This document shows, piece after piece, positions 26,205 to 39,772 of a stretch of DNA of 60,378 nucleotides. Source of the DNA: Blastocatellia bacterium (GTDB taxonomy: Bacteria; Acidobacteriota; Blastocatellia; RBC074); contig DATCXQ010000398.1 of the NCBI GenBank assembly GCA_036565725.1, forward strand, positions 1 to 60,378, written 5' to 3'. How positions within the stretch are numbered: the stretch's first letter is position 1; the number at the start of each line of letters is the position of its first letter. The translations under genes were made by a program, and so were the position numbers. The notes under the pieces are model-generated. The model saw only the letters and a program-made list of their open reading frames with translations. It did not search any database and was not told the origin of the DNA.

Positions 26205-26237
26205 ACTGGTAGAGGCGATTTAATAAGGCGGTAAGCA

Positions 26238-28622
26238 ATGAATTCATCGATGCGCATTTTGTATCTTGAAGACAACCCAGCCGATGTCGAACTCTCGCGA
26301 GCCGTCCTCGAAAAGGACGGACTGAAGTACGAAATGACGGTCGTGGACACGCGCGAGGATTACGTCGCCGCGCTCGAAGCGGGCGGCTATGACCTGATCC
26401 TCGCCGATTACCATTTGCCGTCATTCGACGGGATGGGGGCCCTGGAAATCGCGCGGGAGAAATATTCGTGGCTACCCTTCATCTTCGTTTCAGGCATGAT
26501 GGGCGAAGAGATTGCGACCGAATCGCTCAAGCGCGGCGCGACCGATTACGTGCTCAAAGAGCGGCTGGCGCGCCTGCCGGGTTCAATGCGGCGGGCGCTG
26601 GTCGAGGCCGAAGAGCGTCGCAGGCTCAGGAACGCGGAGGCCGAGCGCGAAAGGTTGCTCGAAGAGCTGTCGGTTCAACATCAACAACTCACGGAAGTGG
26701 TGCGGCAGATGCCCGCCGGAGTGATCATCGTCGATGCGCCTTCGGGCAAACTCATTATGGGAAATGGGCAGGTGGCGCAAATCTGGCGTCACGAATTTTC
26801 GCCTTCGATCAACCTCGAGGAGTTTAAAGCCGGGAGGGGATTTCATCCTGACGGGCGGCCCTATCAGTCGCAGGAATGGCCGCTGGCGCGCTCCATCAGG
26901 GCAGGCGAGATGGTGACGAACGAGGAGATCGAAATACGGCGCGGCGACGACACGCGCGGCGCATTGAGTATCAACTCCGCCCCGATACGCGACTGCGAGG
27001 GGCGTATCGTCGCGGGCGTGGTGACTTTCTTCGACATCACGGAACGCAAGCAGGTGGAAAGAAAGTTGCGTGAACAGGCGGAGATGCTTGATCTGGCGCA
27101 CGACGCCATCTTCGCCTGGGAGATGGACGGGGCAATCAGTTACTGGAATCGCGCGGCGGAAGACATTTACGGTTATGCGCGAGAGGAGGCCGTCGGGCGC
27201 GTCTCGCACGAGTTGCTGGAGACTGAGGCTGTCGAGGACATGGACGCCATCCTGGATTCGCTCAGGCTCAGCGGACGGTGGCAGGGCGAGTTGCGCCACC
27301 GCACAAAGGACGGGCGCGAGATCGTAGTCGAGAGTCGCATGACGCTCGTCGAACGCAACGGACACAGGTTGGTGTTAGAGACGAACCGGGACATCACCGA
27401 ACGCAAGCGGGCCGAGCAGGAGCGCGAACGGCTCCTCGAAAGTGAAAATGCGGCGCGCCGCGAGGCGGAGCATGCGAACCACGCGAAGGACGAGTTTCTG
27501 GCCCTGCTCTCTCACGAGCTTCGCACGCCGCTCACGCCGATGCTGGGATGGATCCGTATCCTGCGCAGGCGGCAGGTCAGGCCGGAAGATCATGACTCGG
27601 CCCTTGAAAAGATCGAGCGCTCAGTCGAGTCAGAGATCAAACTCGTCAGCGACCTGCTCGACGTTTCGCGGGTAATCACCGGCAAGATGACGCTCAACAT
27701 CCAGACGCTCGATTTCAGCGGGATCGTCAGCGCGGCGGTCGAGGTGGCGCGTTCGTCGGCTGAGGCGAAAGAGATATCCCTGGTTGTCGTAACCGACAAG
27801 CGCGAAGCTCTTGTTTCAGGCGACCCCGACCGGTTGCAGCAGGTGGTCTTGAACCTGGTCTCGAACGCGATCAAATTCACCCCGCCGGGCGGGCGCGTGG
27901 AGACGCGGCTGGGGCGCGACGGCGCCCAACTGGAACTAATCGTCAAAGACACCGGTCAGGGAATCAGCCCGGAGTTTCTGCCCCACGTTTTCGAGCGCTT
28001 TCGCCAGGCCGATTCTTCGATCGCGCGCGCGCATGGCGGGCTTGGACTTGGACTCTCGATTACCAAGCGCCTGGTGGAGTTGCACCAGGGGAGCATCCAC
28101 GCGGAGAGCGAAGGTGAAGGCCGAGGCTCGACGTTTACCGTCAAACTCCCATTCGCGGTCAATCATCGGGCGCCGTCCGCCTCTGCGCGCCAGATCTATT
28201 CCGGCGACTATCGCACGCGCGAGTTCGGCGCCGTCAGCCTCGAAGGGGCCAGAATTCTTATGGTGGATGACGACGCCAGCACACTGGAGATGATGAAGGT
28301 GATGCTCGAACAGGTTGGCGCGGACGTTGTGACGGCCGCGTCGGCCAGTGAAGCTCTCACGAAGTTGCAGCCGGGCAGGTACGACGCGATGCTGGCCGAC
28401 ATCGGGATGGCTGAAGTGAACGGCTATGAACTCATCGCCAGGGTGAGGGCGCTCGGGCCGGAAAAGGGCGGCGACGTGCCGGCCATAGCGATCACGGCCT
28501 TCGCTGGAAAGGAAGACCGCCTTCGCGCCATCACCTCAGGTTTCCAATATCACATGTCGAAGCCGGTCGAACCGGGAGAGTTGGTGGGAGCAATCGCGGC
28601 TCTCATCAGGGGCGGGGCATGA
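26238..28622 (+). CDS. Hybrid sensor histidine kinase/response regulator (REC-PAS-PAS-HisKA-HATPase-REC)
   Basis: N-terminal receiver (ILYLEDNPADVEL, LILADYHLP); PAS modules (DITERK x2); H-box FLALLSHELRTPLTPMLGW; HATPase (NLVSNAIKFTPPGG, DTGQGI, GGLGLGLSI); C-terminal receiver (ILMVDDD, MLADIGMAEVNG). Confidence 0.85.
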   Translation: MNSSMRILYLEDNPADVELSRAVLEKDGLKYEMTVVDTREDYVAALEAGGYDLILADYHLPSFDGMGALEIAREKYSWLPFIFVSGMMGEEIATESLKRGATDYVLKERLARLPGSMRRALVEAEERRRLRNAEAERERLLEELSVQHQQLTEVVRQMPAGVIIVDAPSGKLIMGNGQVAQIWRHEFSPSINLEEFKAGRGFHPDGRPYQSQEWPLARSIRAGEMVTNEEIEIRRGDDTRGALSINSAPIRDCEGRIVAGVVTFFDITERKQVERKLREQAEMLDLAHDAIFAWEMDGAISYWNRAAEDIYGYAREEAVGRVSHELLETEAVEDMDAILDSLRLSGRWQGELRHRTKDGREIVVESRMTLVERNGHRLVLETNRDITERKRAEQERERLLESENAARREAEHANHAKDEFLALLSHELRTPLTPMLGWIRILRRRQVRPEDHDSALEKIERSVESEIKLVSDLLDVSRVITGKMTLNIQTLDFSGIVSAAVEVARSSAEAKEISLVVVTDKREALVSGDPDRLQQVVLNLVSNAIKFTPPGGRVETRLGRDGAQLELIVKDTGQGISPEFLPHVFERFRQADSSIARAHGGLGLGLSITKRLVELHQGSIHAESEGEGRGSTFTVKLPFAVNHRAPSASARQIYSGDYRTREFGAVSLEGARILMVDDDASTLEMMKVMLEQVGADVVTAASASEALTKLQPGRYDAMLADIGMAEVNGYELIARVRALGPEKGGDVPAIAITAFAGKEDRLRAITSGFQYHMSKPVEPGELVGAIAALIRGGA

Positions 28623-28733
28623 GTTCCTACGCCTGCCCGGCTCTGTGACTCCGCGCCACCCCTGGTCGGTTCGCGTTTCCCGATCTAGCCTGCTTAGATT
28701 TATATCGGTATGCAGTTCAGTGTAGGGATGTTT

Positions 28734-28800
28734 GTACTCCCGCCTTTAGGCGGAAAGGCTCAAGAGCCAGACGATTCCGGCTAAAGCCGGTACTACGAAC
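28734..28800. repeat. REP-like double-hairpin element
   Basis: GTACTCCCGCCTTTAGGCGGAAAGG ... ATTCCGGCTAAAGCCGGTACTACGAAC contains two small perfect hairpins, CCGCCTTTAGGCGG and CCGGCTAAAGCCGG. Confidence 0.6.
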
Positions 28801-28879
28801 CGTACCTGCAATCGCAACACGCTCTAGCCCGCAGCATATTCACCGGAGGGCCGAGCGCGATGTCGCCATCGCAAGAGGT

Positions 28880-29401
28880 TCATCCCTGTCTGCTAAATGT
28901 CATATACCAATTCCATTCCCACGTCGCTCCGTTGTCGGGCCAGAACGCCTGGCTCCAAACCGGACTATCAGGATTCGTTTTGTCCCACTGAAACACTACG
29001 GTGATAGGTTTTCCTTCAAAAACGTCTTTTGCGTAAAATCTTCCGACGTCGCCGTCGAAGGAACCGACCTGGGGAACATCAAGTACGACCACATTGCTAT
29101 CCGCCCAATAAATACTCCAGAGCCTGGTCCTCGGATTGAACAGGCGAAATGACGCGCCTTGAAAAGGGATTCCATCAAATTCAGTGATGAATTGGTCGGT
29201 ATTCCCGAAGCCGTTCAGGATTTTATGGCAGGAGCCCGTCGCATCAAACTCAAGCCATTCCGCACAATTATTGAGTCTTGTCTTGAGTTTTTTGTTGCGG
29301 ATTTTCCACTCGCCGACGAGAAAATCGAAATCGTTGTTAGAGGAGGTTTTCGACGGAATGACTTCCAAATCGCCAGTTGGGGTGAATGATAGTTGTGACA
29401 T
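28880..29401 (-). CDS. Conserved hypothetical protein (DFDFLxGEWxxxN... family, possibly DUF1579-like)
   Basis: 173-aa ORF with a coherent composition. NDFDFLVGEWKIRNKKL...WSIYWADS...GRFYAKDVFEGKPITVVFQW resembles a widespread uncharacterised family. No function can be assigned. Confidence 0.5.
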   Translation of the reverse strand: MSQLSFTPTGDLEVIPSKTSSNNDFDFLVGEWKIRNKKLKTRLNNCAEWLEFDATGSCHKILNGFGNTDQFITEFDGIPFQGASFRLFNPRTRLWSIYWADSNVVVLDVPQVGSFDGDVGRFYAKDVFEGKPITVVFQWDKTNPDSPVWSQAFWPDNGATWEWNWYMTFSRQG

Positions 29402-29538
29402 AATTTTCGTCCAAGATCGGTTGGCAAATGGGTGTACGGGGCTCCGGGCGCGAGTTGTTTACTCGCGCTCTTTTCCTGATCTGACAAAGCCACAAACAGG
29501 GCGATTAAACAAATCGCCCCCCGCCGTACAAGCATTTG

Positions 29539-30084
29539 CTAACCGACATATTTTTCCGCGACTTCGCGAAGTTGGTTGATGATCGTTTCGGAGATGTCGT
29601 CCGGCGAATGAGATTGATTGATCGGGGTGTGAATCGAGGCCTGGCGGTAGAGCGCCAACCGCCTCTCGTATCGCGCCCTGGCCGTCAATTCATCCGGCGC
29701 CAGGGGGCGCGTCGCGCCGTCATTTTGAATTCTCCGCCAGCATAACTCGAATGGCGCGTCGAGCCAGACGGTGACTCCGAGGCGCGACATCAGTTCGCGG
29801 TTTTCTTCCCGCGTGATCGCCCCGCCTCCCGGAGCGATGATCACTCCGCCCTGCGACGCGGCCTCGCGCAACGTTTCAGTTTCAAGCTCTCTGAACCGTT
29901 CTTCGCCTTCGCGTTCAATCAACTCGACGATCGCGCAACCGACTTTGGCCTCGATCACGCGGTCGAGATCAATGAATCGGCGGCCGAGTCTCGCGGCGAG
30001 TACTGGGCCGACTGTAGATTTGCCGGAAGCCATGAATCCCACCAGGAAGATTGCCGATTGTTGATTGCCGATTGCGGATTCCAT
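29539..30084 (-). CDS. aroK: Shikimate kinase
   Basis: P-loop [19 protein letters not shown] and GGGA. The N-terminal residues [11 protein letters not shown] are encoded by a degenerate heptamer array (30049-30082). Confidence 0.85.
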   Translation of the reverse strand: MESAIGNQQSAIFLVGFMASGKSTVGPVLAARLGRRFIDLDRVIEAKVGCAIVELIEREGEERFRELETETLREAASQGGVIIAPGGGAITREENRELMSRLGVTVWLDAPFELCWRRIQNDGATRPLAPDELTARARYERRLALYRQASIHTPINQSHSPDDISETIINQLREVAEKYVG

Positions 30085-30094
30085 AATGCGGGGG

Positions 30095-31432
<1,338 letters not shown>

Positions 31433-31651
31433 CTGAATTATTATTTGCTTTGGAACTTTTGCGATGTACGCGGCGTAGCGCATGACGCCAACCATCTGAT
31501 CGTCTTGCGGAACGCCCGTCTTGACAGCGCTTTTTACGCTATGTTACACAGGGCCGCGCTTGATCGTAATCGTCGAAGTCTACAGACTCGCGAGCATCTT
31601 AACAGATCGAATTGGCGGATCAAATTTAGCCTAAAAAGGAACTCCCGGCTT

Positions 31652-32134
31652 ATGATGCTAGCCGAAAACGTGGTCGAATTGACCATCGCCAGTCAGCTTG
31701 AATACATCGACCTGGTCACGACTCTTACGGACAACATCACGAGTATGATCGGCTTCGATGAGGAATCGGCCTACTGGATCAACATGGCCGTGCGCGAATC
31801 GGTCGCCAACGCGGTCGAACACGGCAACAAATACGATCAACAGAAGAGCGTGGACATCCGCTACACAATAGGCGTCGACGCGCTGCGCGTGACGGTGCGC
31901 GATTACGGAGAAGGATTCGACCCTGCGACTCTCCCCGACCCGCTCGACCCAAACAACCTGCTCAACCCGGCCGGCCGCGGCATCCTCTATATGCGAACTT
32001 TCATGGACAGCGTCGAATACGCCCGTCACCCCGAAGGCGGAATGATCGTCTCGATGTCCAAACGCCGCGCGCCAAAGCAGCCGTCACACGACGTGAGCGA
32101 AGGAGAACACAAACGCGATGCAGTTGGAAATTAG
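31652..32134 (+). CDS. Anti-sigma regulatory factor, RsbW/SpoIIAB-like Ser/Thr kinase (HATPase_c_2)
   Basis: [20 protein letters not shown] (N-box), DYGEGFDP and [12 protein letters not shown]. Start at the ATG at 31652. Confidence 0.75.
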   Translation: MMLAENVVELTIASQLEYIDLVTTLTDNITSMIGFDEESAYWINMAVRESVANAVEHGNKYDQQKSVDIRYTIGVDALRVTVRDYGEGFDPATLPDPLDPNNLLNPAGRGILYMRTFMDSVEYARHPEGGMIVSMSKRRAPKQPSHDVSEGEHKRDAVGN

Positions 32135-32462
32135 AGAACGCTCTGTAGGCGATGTAGTCATTCTGGAAATGTTCGGCAAGATCACTATAGGAGAAGGCAG
32201 CGTGCAATTGCGCGACGCCGTCGGCAAACTGCTCGATTCGGGCCAGAACAAAATCGTCCTCAACCTCGGCGGAGTCAGCTACGTCGATAGCTCGGGCATA
32301 GGCGAACTGGTCTCGCGCTACACCACTACAAAGAACGCAGGAGGCCGACTGAAACTACTCAACCTCCCGAAGAAGATCAAAGACCTACTCATGATCACGA
32401 AGCTGCTGACCGTCTTCGAGATTTACGAGGACGAACAGGTGGCTCTCGACAGCTTTCAATAA
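32118..32462 (+). CDS. STAS-domain anti-sigma factor antagonist (RsbV/SpoIIAA-like)
   Basis: [19 protein letters not shown] has the phosphorylatable Ser in the DSSG context. 114 aa; overlaps the upstream kinase gene. Confidence 0.85.
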   Translation: MQLEIRERSVGDVVILEMFGKITIGEGSVQLRDAVGKLLDSGQNKIVLNLGGVSYVDSSGIGELVSRYTTTKNAGGRLKLLNLPKKIKDLLMITKLLTVFEIYEDEQVALDSFQ

Positions 32463-32476
32463 TACCTGAAAGGGAT

Positions 32477-32556
32477 GAAGGGCGACTGGGGGAAGGGGCG
32501 ACGACATTGACATCGTCATCGCCCCTTCCCCCAGTCGCCCCGTCCCCCAGTCGCCC
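32477..32556. repeat. Palindromic element with tandem CCCCCAGTCGCCC units
   Basis: GAAGGGCGACTGGGGGAAGGGGCGACGAC ... GTCATCGCCCCTTCCCCCAGTCGCCC CGTCCCCCAGTCGCCC. It lies between convergent genes. Confidence 0.85.
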
Positions 32557-32574
32557 TGTCCTTCCTTCGCCTCC

Positions 32575-34410
32575 TCAGACCTCCAGCCCGACGCTTCGCA
32601 TCAGTTCCAGCGCGTTGCTGCGCCGGACGACGCCGGGTTGCATTTTGTAATCGAAGACCATCCGCCCGTTTTCCAAATGATCCTCGAAATGGACGTTGGC
32701 GCCGCGCCCGTTCAGAGACTCGACGATCCGCGTCAGCGCCAGGTCGTGCGTGGTGACGAGGCCGATGGCGCCGCGTTCAACCAGCCCACGGACGACGGCT
32801 TCGGCGCCGATGAGCCGGTCGTGCGAATTGGTGCCGCTCAGAATCTCATCGAGCAGGAATAGCAGCGGAAGATCGCCGTTTGTCAATTCGACGATCTGGC
32901 GCAGCCGCGTGATCTCGGCGTAAAAGCGCGACGCGCCCGTCTGGAGCGAGTCAAGGATGTGAATCGAAGCGCCGACGGCGAGCGGCGACAGGCGCAAGCG
33001 CCTTGCCCTCACCGGCGCGCCGGCCAGCGCCAAAACGACATTCGCCCCGACGGTTCTCATCAGCGTGCTCTTGCCAGACATGTTCGACCCGCTGACGATC
33101 AGCGCGCAGGGCTCGGCGCCTAAACGCACATCGTTCCGCACCGAGCGAGACTCCGCGATCAGCGGATGGCCCAACGATTCGCCGTCGAAAAGGACCTCGC
33201 CTTCGACCAATTCCGGAAACGGGTCGCGGGGATGTTCATAAGCGTAACTGGCGAGCGACGAGAGCGCCTCGATCTCGGCGACCGCGTCGAGCCATTGCGG
33301 AATTTTCGCGCCCGCATGCCGGCGCCATCCCTCGATCGCCAGCGCGAGTTGCGTGGGGATGAGCAGCACAAAGGCAATCGGCGCGAAGAACTGATTCTTA
33401 AGCGAATCGAGAATCTGAATCAGGCGGCTGAGCCGCGCGATCTGCCGCGACGGCGGCTTTCCGTCCGTGTCGAGTTCGCTGCGGAGTCTTACCAACATCG
33501 GCGACGCGAATCGCTCCTGCTCCAACCGGCCGAGGATTTCGGCCAGCAGCGACAGTTCGCGCCCGGGCCGCTCGACCTCGGCTATCACGCGTACGATCTG
33601 CGCGCGGTAGAGAAAAAGAAAGGTCGCCTCGACCATCAGCGCGACCATCGCCGTTTTCCGGTACCCGAACCCGAGCCACATCACGACCGCGGCGGCCGAG
33701 AAGAGTCCGATCAGCAGCGCCGCCAGTCGCAACCATCGCGTCTGCCACGCGGTGAAAACCGGCTCCCGGGCGGCCCATGCCGTGAGTTCTTCCGGATGCG
33801 CGCCCGCGTTGACCTCGTCCCCGAGCAGCGCCACGTCTTCGCGCAAATCGAGGCGCGGCCGAAGTTCCTCGACGCCCTGCTGGCGCGCGAGAATTTCCGG
33901 GATCGTAGCCGGCGCCAGCAGCCACGACGCCAGCCACTCCTCGCCTGCCTTAGTCCGCGCTGTCGAAAGCAGTTCGAACAGCGATCCTTCGCCGAACAGG
34001 TCGAGGTCTTCCGAGTAAGGGTGCGATTTGTCGGCGAACCTTTCGCCCGTCTCGCCGGCGCCGCTCCAGTTGTCTTCGAGCCGCGCGACGCCGCGCTCGT
34101 AAAACTTCACCGCGCGCCACAACCGCGCGACCTCCGCATGAACGCGCTGATGGAAAACCATCAGCGTGATAAATACGACCACAGGCGCCGCGATCAGTGG
34201 CCACGCGACGACCCCTTCAAAAGCCAGGATGATCATCAGCGCGATGACGGCAAAAACAACACGCCGCCAGAACCATATCTTACGGCTGCGCTGTTGATTG
34301 GCGTCGAGCGCGGCGCGGCGCGCTGCCAGACGGTTTGCATATTCCTCGCGCGGATCTGTTAAAGTCGTAATTCTTTCTCTCAAGGTTTCAAATTCCACAG
34401 CGGTTTTCAT
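32575..34410 (-). CDS. MutS-related protein (membrane-anchored, MutS domain V ATPase only)
   Basis: Walker A SGSNMSGKSTLMRTVG, Walker B LFLLDEILSGTNSHDR and TTHDL. N-terminal TM helices are present. There is no mismatch-binding domain. Confidence 0.75.
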   Translation of the reverse strand: MKTAVEFETLRERITTLTDPREEYANRLAARRAALDANQQRSRKIWFWRRVVFAVIALMIILAFEGVVAWPLIAAPVVVFITLMVFHQRVHAEVARLWRAVKFYERGVARLEDNWSGAGETGERFADKSHPYSEDLDLFGEGSLFELLSTARTKAGEEWLASWLLAPATIPEILARQQGVEELRPRLDLREDVALLGDEVNAGAHPEELTAWAAREPVFTAWQTRWLRLAALLIGLFSAAAVVMWLGFGYRKTAMVALMVEATFLFLYRAQIVRVIAEVERPGRELSLLAEILGRLEQERFASPMLVRLRSELDTDGKPPSRQIARLSRLIQILDSLKNQFFAPIAFVLLIPTQLALAIEGWRRHAGAKIPQWLDAVAEIEALSSLASYAYEHPRDPFPELVEGEVLFDGESLGHPLIAESRSVRNDVRLGAEPCALIVSGSNMSGKSTLMRTVGANVVLALAGAPVRARRLRLSPLAVGASIHILDSLQTGASRFYAEITRLRQIVELTNGDLPLLFLLDEILSGTNSHDRLIGAEAVVRGLVERGAIGLVTTHDLALTRIVESLNGRGANVHFEDHLENGRMVFDYKMQPGVVRRSNALELMRSVGLEV

Positions 34411-34482
34411 AGCCACCGCAGGACACAAGGAACACAGAGAAATCGATATGCCCTCTGTGCCCTCTGTGCCCTGCGGTGGCTA
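34410..34482. repeat. Palindromic element TAGCCACCGCAGG(ACACARRGA)n ... (GCCCTCTGT)n GCCCTGCGGTGGCTA
   Basis: Read directly from the sequence. It is related to the element at 36821-36884 on the other side of the PQQ dehydrogenase gene. Confidence 0.85.
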
Positions 34483-34539
34483 ACAATCTTCGTACATTTG
34501 AAAACCGGTTTAAAAGCGACATCCGAATGAGACAACGCC

Positions 34540-36723
<2,184 letters not shown>

Positions 36724-36820
36724 AATCTTTCCGGGAGTAGGTTTGAGTAAAGGATGGCAACTGTAGTGGCGTGAGGCTGAGATTTCAAGTTATACCCGTC
36801 TTCAAATGTATGAAGACTGT

Positions 36821-36884
36821 TAGCCACAGAGGGCATAATGGGGAATTAATGGCTTCTCTGTGTTCTCTGTGCCCTCTGTGGCTA
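36821..36884. repeat. Palindromic element TAGCCACAGAGGGCA ... TTCTCTGTGTTCTCTGTGCCCTCTGTGGCTA
   Basis: Read directly from the sequence. It has the same terminal motif as 34410-34482. Confidence 0.85.
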
Positions 36885-36904
36885 TCTTCGAAGGGGAGGC
36901 GGAC

Positions 36905-39340
36905 TCAGTAAGTGATCGCCGGGAAGTTTATGCGCGCCTGCTGGAACTGCGTCTCCCAATTTCCCGTGCCGGCGCCGAACGCGGTCGTGGCCATGGATGA
37001 GAGGTTAGTCCCGGCCGCCCCGCTCATGAAATGGACGAACTCTCCCATGTTCATGCCGCGTGTGTAGTGCGCATGAGGGCCGTTGCCGTGATTTTGTGTT
37101 TCTTTCGGGAAGTGTTGCGCCAGTAGGCCGAAGAATCTCACCATCACCTGAGCGCGGCCGTGGTCCCGCCACAGCGGGAAAAACCAGTCTCGGAACCAGG
37201 CCGTATTCGGGCGCGGGAAATTGTCCCTCGCGTTCATAAACAGGTTGAAGACCCGATCCGCGTCCTGTTGCATCCCCAGGCCGATGTAGAGGTCGTACTG
37301 GGCGAACTCCGCCCACTTGCTGTCTCCCCATATCCCAAAGGCGGGAGAGCCATGGACGTTGTTGTTGGAGGACTCGACCACATGCATGAACTCGTGGCTG
37401 ATGAGGTCGTGGTTGCCTCCACTTTCCACCCAGGAGTTGACCCCGATGTCGCTGGAGTTCAAGAAGTCGTGAAGAGCGGAGAAGTAGTCTCCGGGATGAC
37501 CGCCGAAGAAGCGGCCCTGATGATGGATAGAGTATCCACGGGGGTCGGCGCCGAAGGGACCATAAGTCTGCTTGTAGTATCGCCACGTCCGCGCGGTGAA
37601 ATCGAGAATCCAATCCGCCTGCGCCCGGTCCACGTCGTCATCGAAGTAAATGGCGGCGTCATCGTTGAAACGGACAAGACGGACAAGCAGGTTATGCTCG
37701 AACCAGTGCTCCTGTATGGTCTCGGGAGGCGGGGGCAATCCTCCTCCTGTGCCGAACACTTCGAACTCGTAGATGCGGGCTGCCGCGGTCCCGTTCTGTG
37801 TTGGCGTGGTGACGTTCAAACGGACGAAACGCGCCTGTCTACTGGCGATGGAGTGGTCGGTGACGTTTTGAGTGTTGCCAGTGACATTGACCGCGGTGAC
37901 GAAATTCGTCCCGTCCACGCTGGTCTGGATATTGAAGTCGCGAGTGTTCAAGGCGGCGCTCTCGCCTCCCGCGCCCGCGTGGCTCAATCGAAAACAGGTG
38001 ACATCGAAACTCCCCGCCAGGTCGACCTGCAGAAATCTCGGGGCGGCGCTGGAACACCACTTATCGCTATTGCCTCCGGAGACGCTGCCGTTGAAGGCCT
38101 TCGCCGGGCCTTCGTTTGCGTTGCACGACGCGCTGCCGGTCGCCGCTTTGCCGCGCGCCACGTTGACGCCGCTGCAGCCGCCCGTGGGGACGTCGGCAAA
38201 GACCTCAAGTTCGTAAATACGAGCCGTTATGTTATTGGTCTGCTCGGATTGAGTGATATTCAATCGCACGAAGCGCGCCGCCGTTGCGGTAATCGGATGA
38301 GTGGTGACGCCCTGGGTGTTGTTGGTCACGTTCACTACGGAAGTGAAATTGGTCCCATTGGCGCTGACCTGGATGTTGAAAGCGCGGGTGTTAAAGTTGG
38401 CGCTCTCGCCTCCCGCGCTCGCATGCCTCACTACAAAGCTCGTAATGTTGAAGTTCTGTCCGAGGTCCACCTGCAGGAACTTGGCGCTTGCCTGTGAGCA
38501 CCACTTATCGCTATTGCCTCCGGAGAAGCTCCCATTAAATGCCTTTGCGGGCCCCTCGTTGGCGTTACAAGGCGCGCTGCCGGTCGCCGGCTTGTTCAGG
38601 GCCACGTTGGTTATCGCCTGGGGCTCTATCAGGGCAATCTCTTCGCTGCTGGTCACCGCCACGTCGTCAACGGCGACCTCCACCGCGCCGCCTCCGGCGC
38701 CGTCGGCGGTTTCAAACAAGATTCGAATAGTCTGACCGGCGAAAGGGTTCAACGAGACGGATTGTAAAACCCAGGCGCCGGTAGCGGCATTGTCATCGCC
38801 CGACACCGTGAGCGCCGGCCTGGCGCCATCGGAGCTGACAATGCTCGCCCGCAGGAAATCTTTGCCTGATGATTTCCCGGATCGCGCAAAGTAAGAATTG
38901 AAGGAAAGTGTCAGCGTTCCCGCAGAGGGCATGATGATTTCGGGCGACAGGATCGAGGAGACGCCTCCGCCATCGTCGCGGCTTCTTGCGTAAGCTCCTC
39001 CGAAGCGGCCCATCACCAGAGCGTTGTTACCGGCGTTGGCGTTCGCTATCTGCGTAGAGTCGCCTCTTAAACTCGCCGGCGCCGAAACGTCGCGTCGCCA
39101 CGCGCTGGCAGCCGTGTCTGTGGCGTTGGGGTTAGTGATCCACCCCCGGTCTGTCTCGAAATCGTCGCGGAAGATCGTAACCACGGGCGCTTGAAACGAT
39201 CCTACCGCTTTTGCAGAGGATAAATGTTTTACTGCGTGAGCCAGATATTGATAATTCGGGATACTCATGGCCAATAGAGCAATGACCAGAGTTCCACACA
39301 GTAAGGCCAGCCTGAATTTGCGTGATCTCGCCTTTAGCAT
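36905..39340 (-). CDS. Secreted multidomain protein: N-terminal jelly-roll-like domain, two F5/8 type C (discoidin) domains, C-terminal HExxH metallopeptidase-like domain
   Basis: A ~150-aa module is duplicated (NKPATGSAPCNANEGPAKAFNGSFSGGNSDKWCS...FLQVDLG...RIYELEVF and a second copy). The C-terminal domain has HEFMHVVE. A signal-anchor N-terminus is present. Confidence 0.65.
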   Translation of the reverse strand: MLKARSRKFRLALLCGTLVIALLAMSIPNYQYLAHAVKHLSSAKAVGSFQAPVVTIFRDDFETDRGWITNPNATDTAASAWRRDVSAPASLRGDSTQIANANAGNNALVMGRFGGAYARSRDDGGGVSSILSPEIIMPSAGTLTLSFNSYFARSGKSSGKDFLRASIVSSDGARPALTVSGDDNAATGAWVLQSVSLNPFAGQTIRILFETADGAGGGAVEVAVDDVAVTSSEEIALIEPQAITNVALNKPATGSAPCNANEGPAKAFNGSFSGGNSDKWCSQASAKFLQVDLGQNFNITSFVVRHASAGGESANFNTRAFNIQVSANGTNFTSVVNVTNNTQGVTTHPITATAARFVRLNITQSEQTNNITARIYELEVFADVPTGGCSGVNVARGKAATGSASCNANEGPAKAFNGSVSGGNSDKWCSSAAPRFLQVDLAGSFDVTCFRLSHAGAGGESAALNTRDFNIQTSVDGTNFVTAVNVTGNTQNVTDHSIASRQARFVRLNVTTPTQNGTAAARIYEFEVFGTGGGLPPPPETIQEHWFEHNLLVRLVRFNDDAAIYFDDDVDRAQADWILDFTARTWRYYKQTYGPFGADPRGYSIHHQGRFFGGHPGDYFSALHDFLNSSDIGVNSWVESGGNHDLISHEFMHVVESSNNNVHGSPAFGIWGDSKWAEFAQYDLYIGLGMQQDADRVFNLFMNARDNFPRPNTAWFRDWFFPLWRDHGRAQVMVRFFGLLAQHFPKETQNHGNGPHAHYTRGMNMGEFVHFMSGAAGTNLSSMATTAFGAGTGNWETQFQQARINFPAITY

Positions 39341-39582
39341 TTTTGATCCTCCTTGCTGGTGTTACGGGCAGGTCGTCAAACGGCGCTTTCTCACTCACAA
39401 AGAAGGGCGTCGATCATCGTTTCGGCCACTCGGAAGCGCCGACAGAAAAATAGAGGTCAGAATAACGGCGTTTACTATCTTTCTGTCCGGCGTTTTTCTG
39501 TCCGATGGCCGAAACGATGACCGACGCCCTCCGTAGCGGCGAAGCCAGTGAAACCTTAGATTGGTTTGCGACTGCGTCTACG

Positions 39583-39756
39583 GTAGGGGCAGACCTATGT
39601 GTCTGCCCCGGTGGTCGCGTGTAACCTCAATCCGGGGCAAACCTATGTGTCTGCCCCGGTGGTCGCGTGTAACCTCAATCCGGGGCAGACCTATGTGTCT
39701 GCCCCGGTGGTCGCGTGTAACCTCAATCCGGGGCAGACACGCAGGTCTGCCCCTAC
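39583..39756. repeat. 48-bp tandem repeat x3 plus a terminal hairpin; each unit contains the palindrome GGGGCAGACCTATGTGTCTGCCCC
   Basis: Units lie at 39586-39633, 39634-39681 (1 mismatch) and 39682-39729. The closing hairpin GGGGCAGACACGCAGGTCTGCCCCTAC is at 39730-39756. The whole array is bounded by inverted GTAGGGGCAGAC and GTCTGCCCCTAC. Confidence 0.95.
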
Positions 39757-39772
39757 TGATTTGCATACCGCT

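Noticed and set aside
29215-29535. ORF starting with a signal-peptide-like MLVRRGAICLIALFVALS upstream of, and out of frame with, the 173-aa hypothetical gene, which could indicate a frameshifted secreted protein
   Set aside because: Only the first ~25 aa look meaningful, and the rest overlaps the better ORF in another frame. A frameshift cannot be told apart from chance without homologues.
33166-34362. 398-aa plus-strand ORF
   Set aside because: It is antisense to the MutS-related gene. Its composition is extremely Arg-rich, with no motifs.
37160-38497. 445-aa plus-strand ORF
   Set aside because: It is antisense to the discoidin/metalloprotease gene, which has clear duplicated domains and an HExxH motif.
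39583-39756. Possible CRISPR array (24-nt palindromic repeat alternating with 24-nt segments)
   Set aside because: The 'spacers' are identical in every unit, so this is a simple 48-bp tandem repeat. There are no cas genes nearby, and the repeat count is only 3.5.
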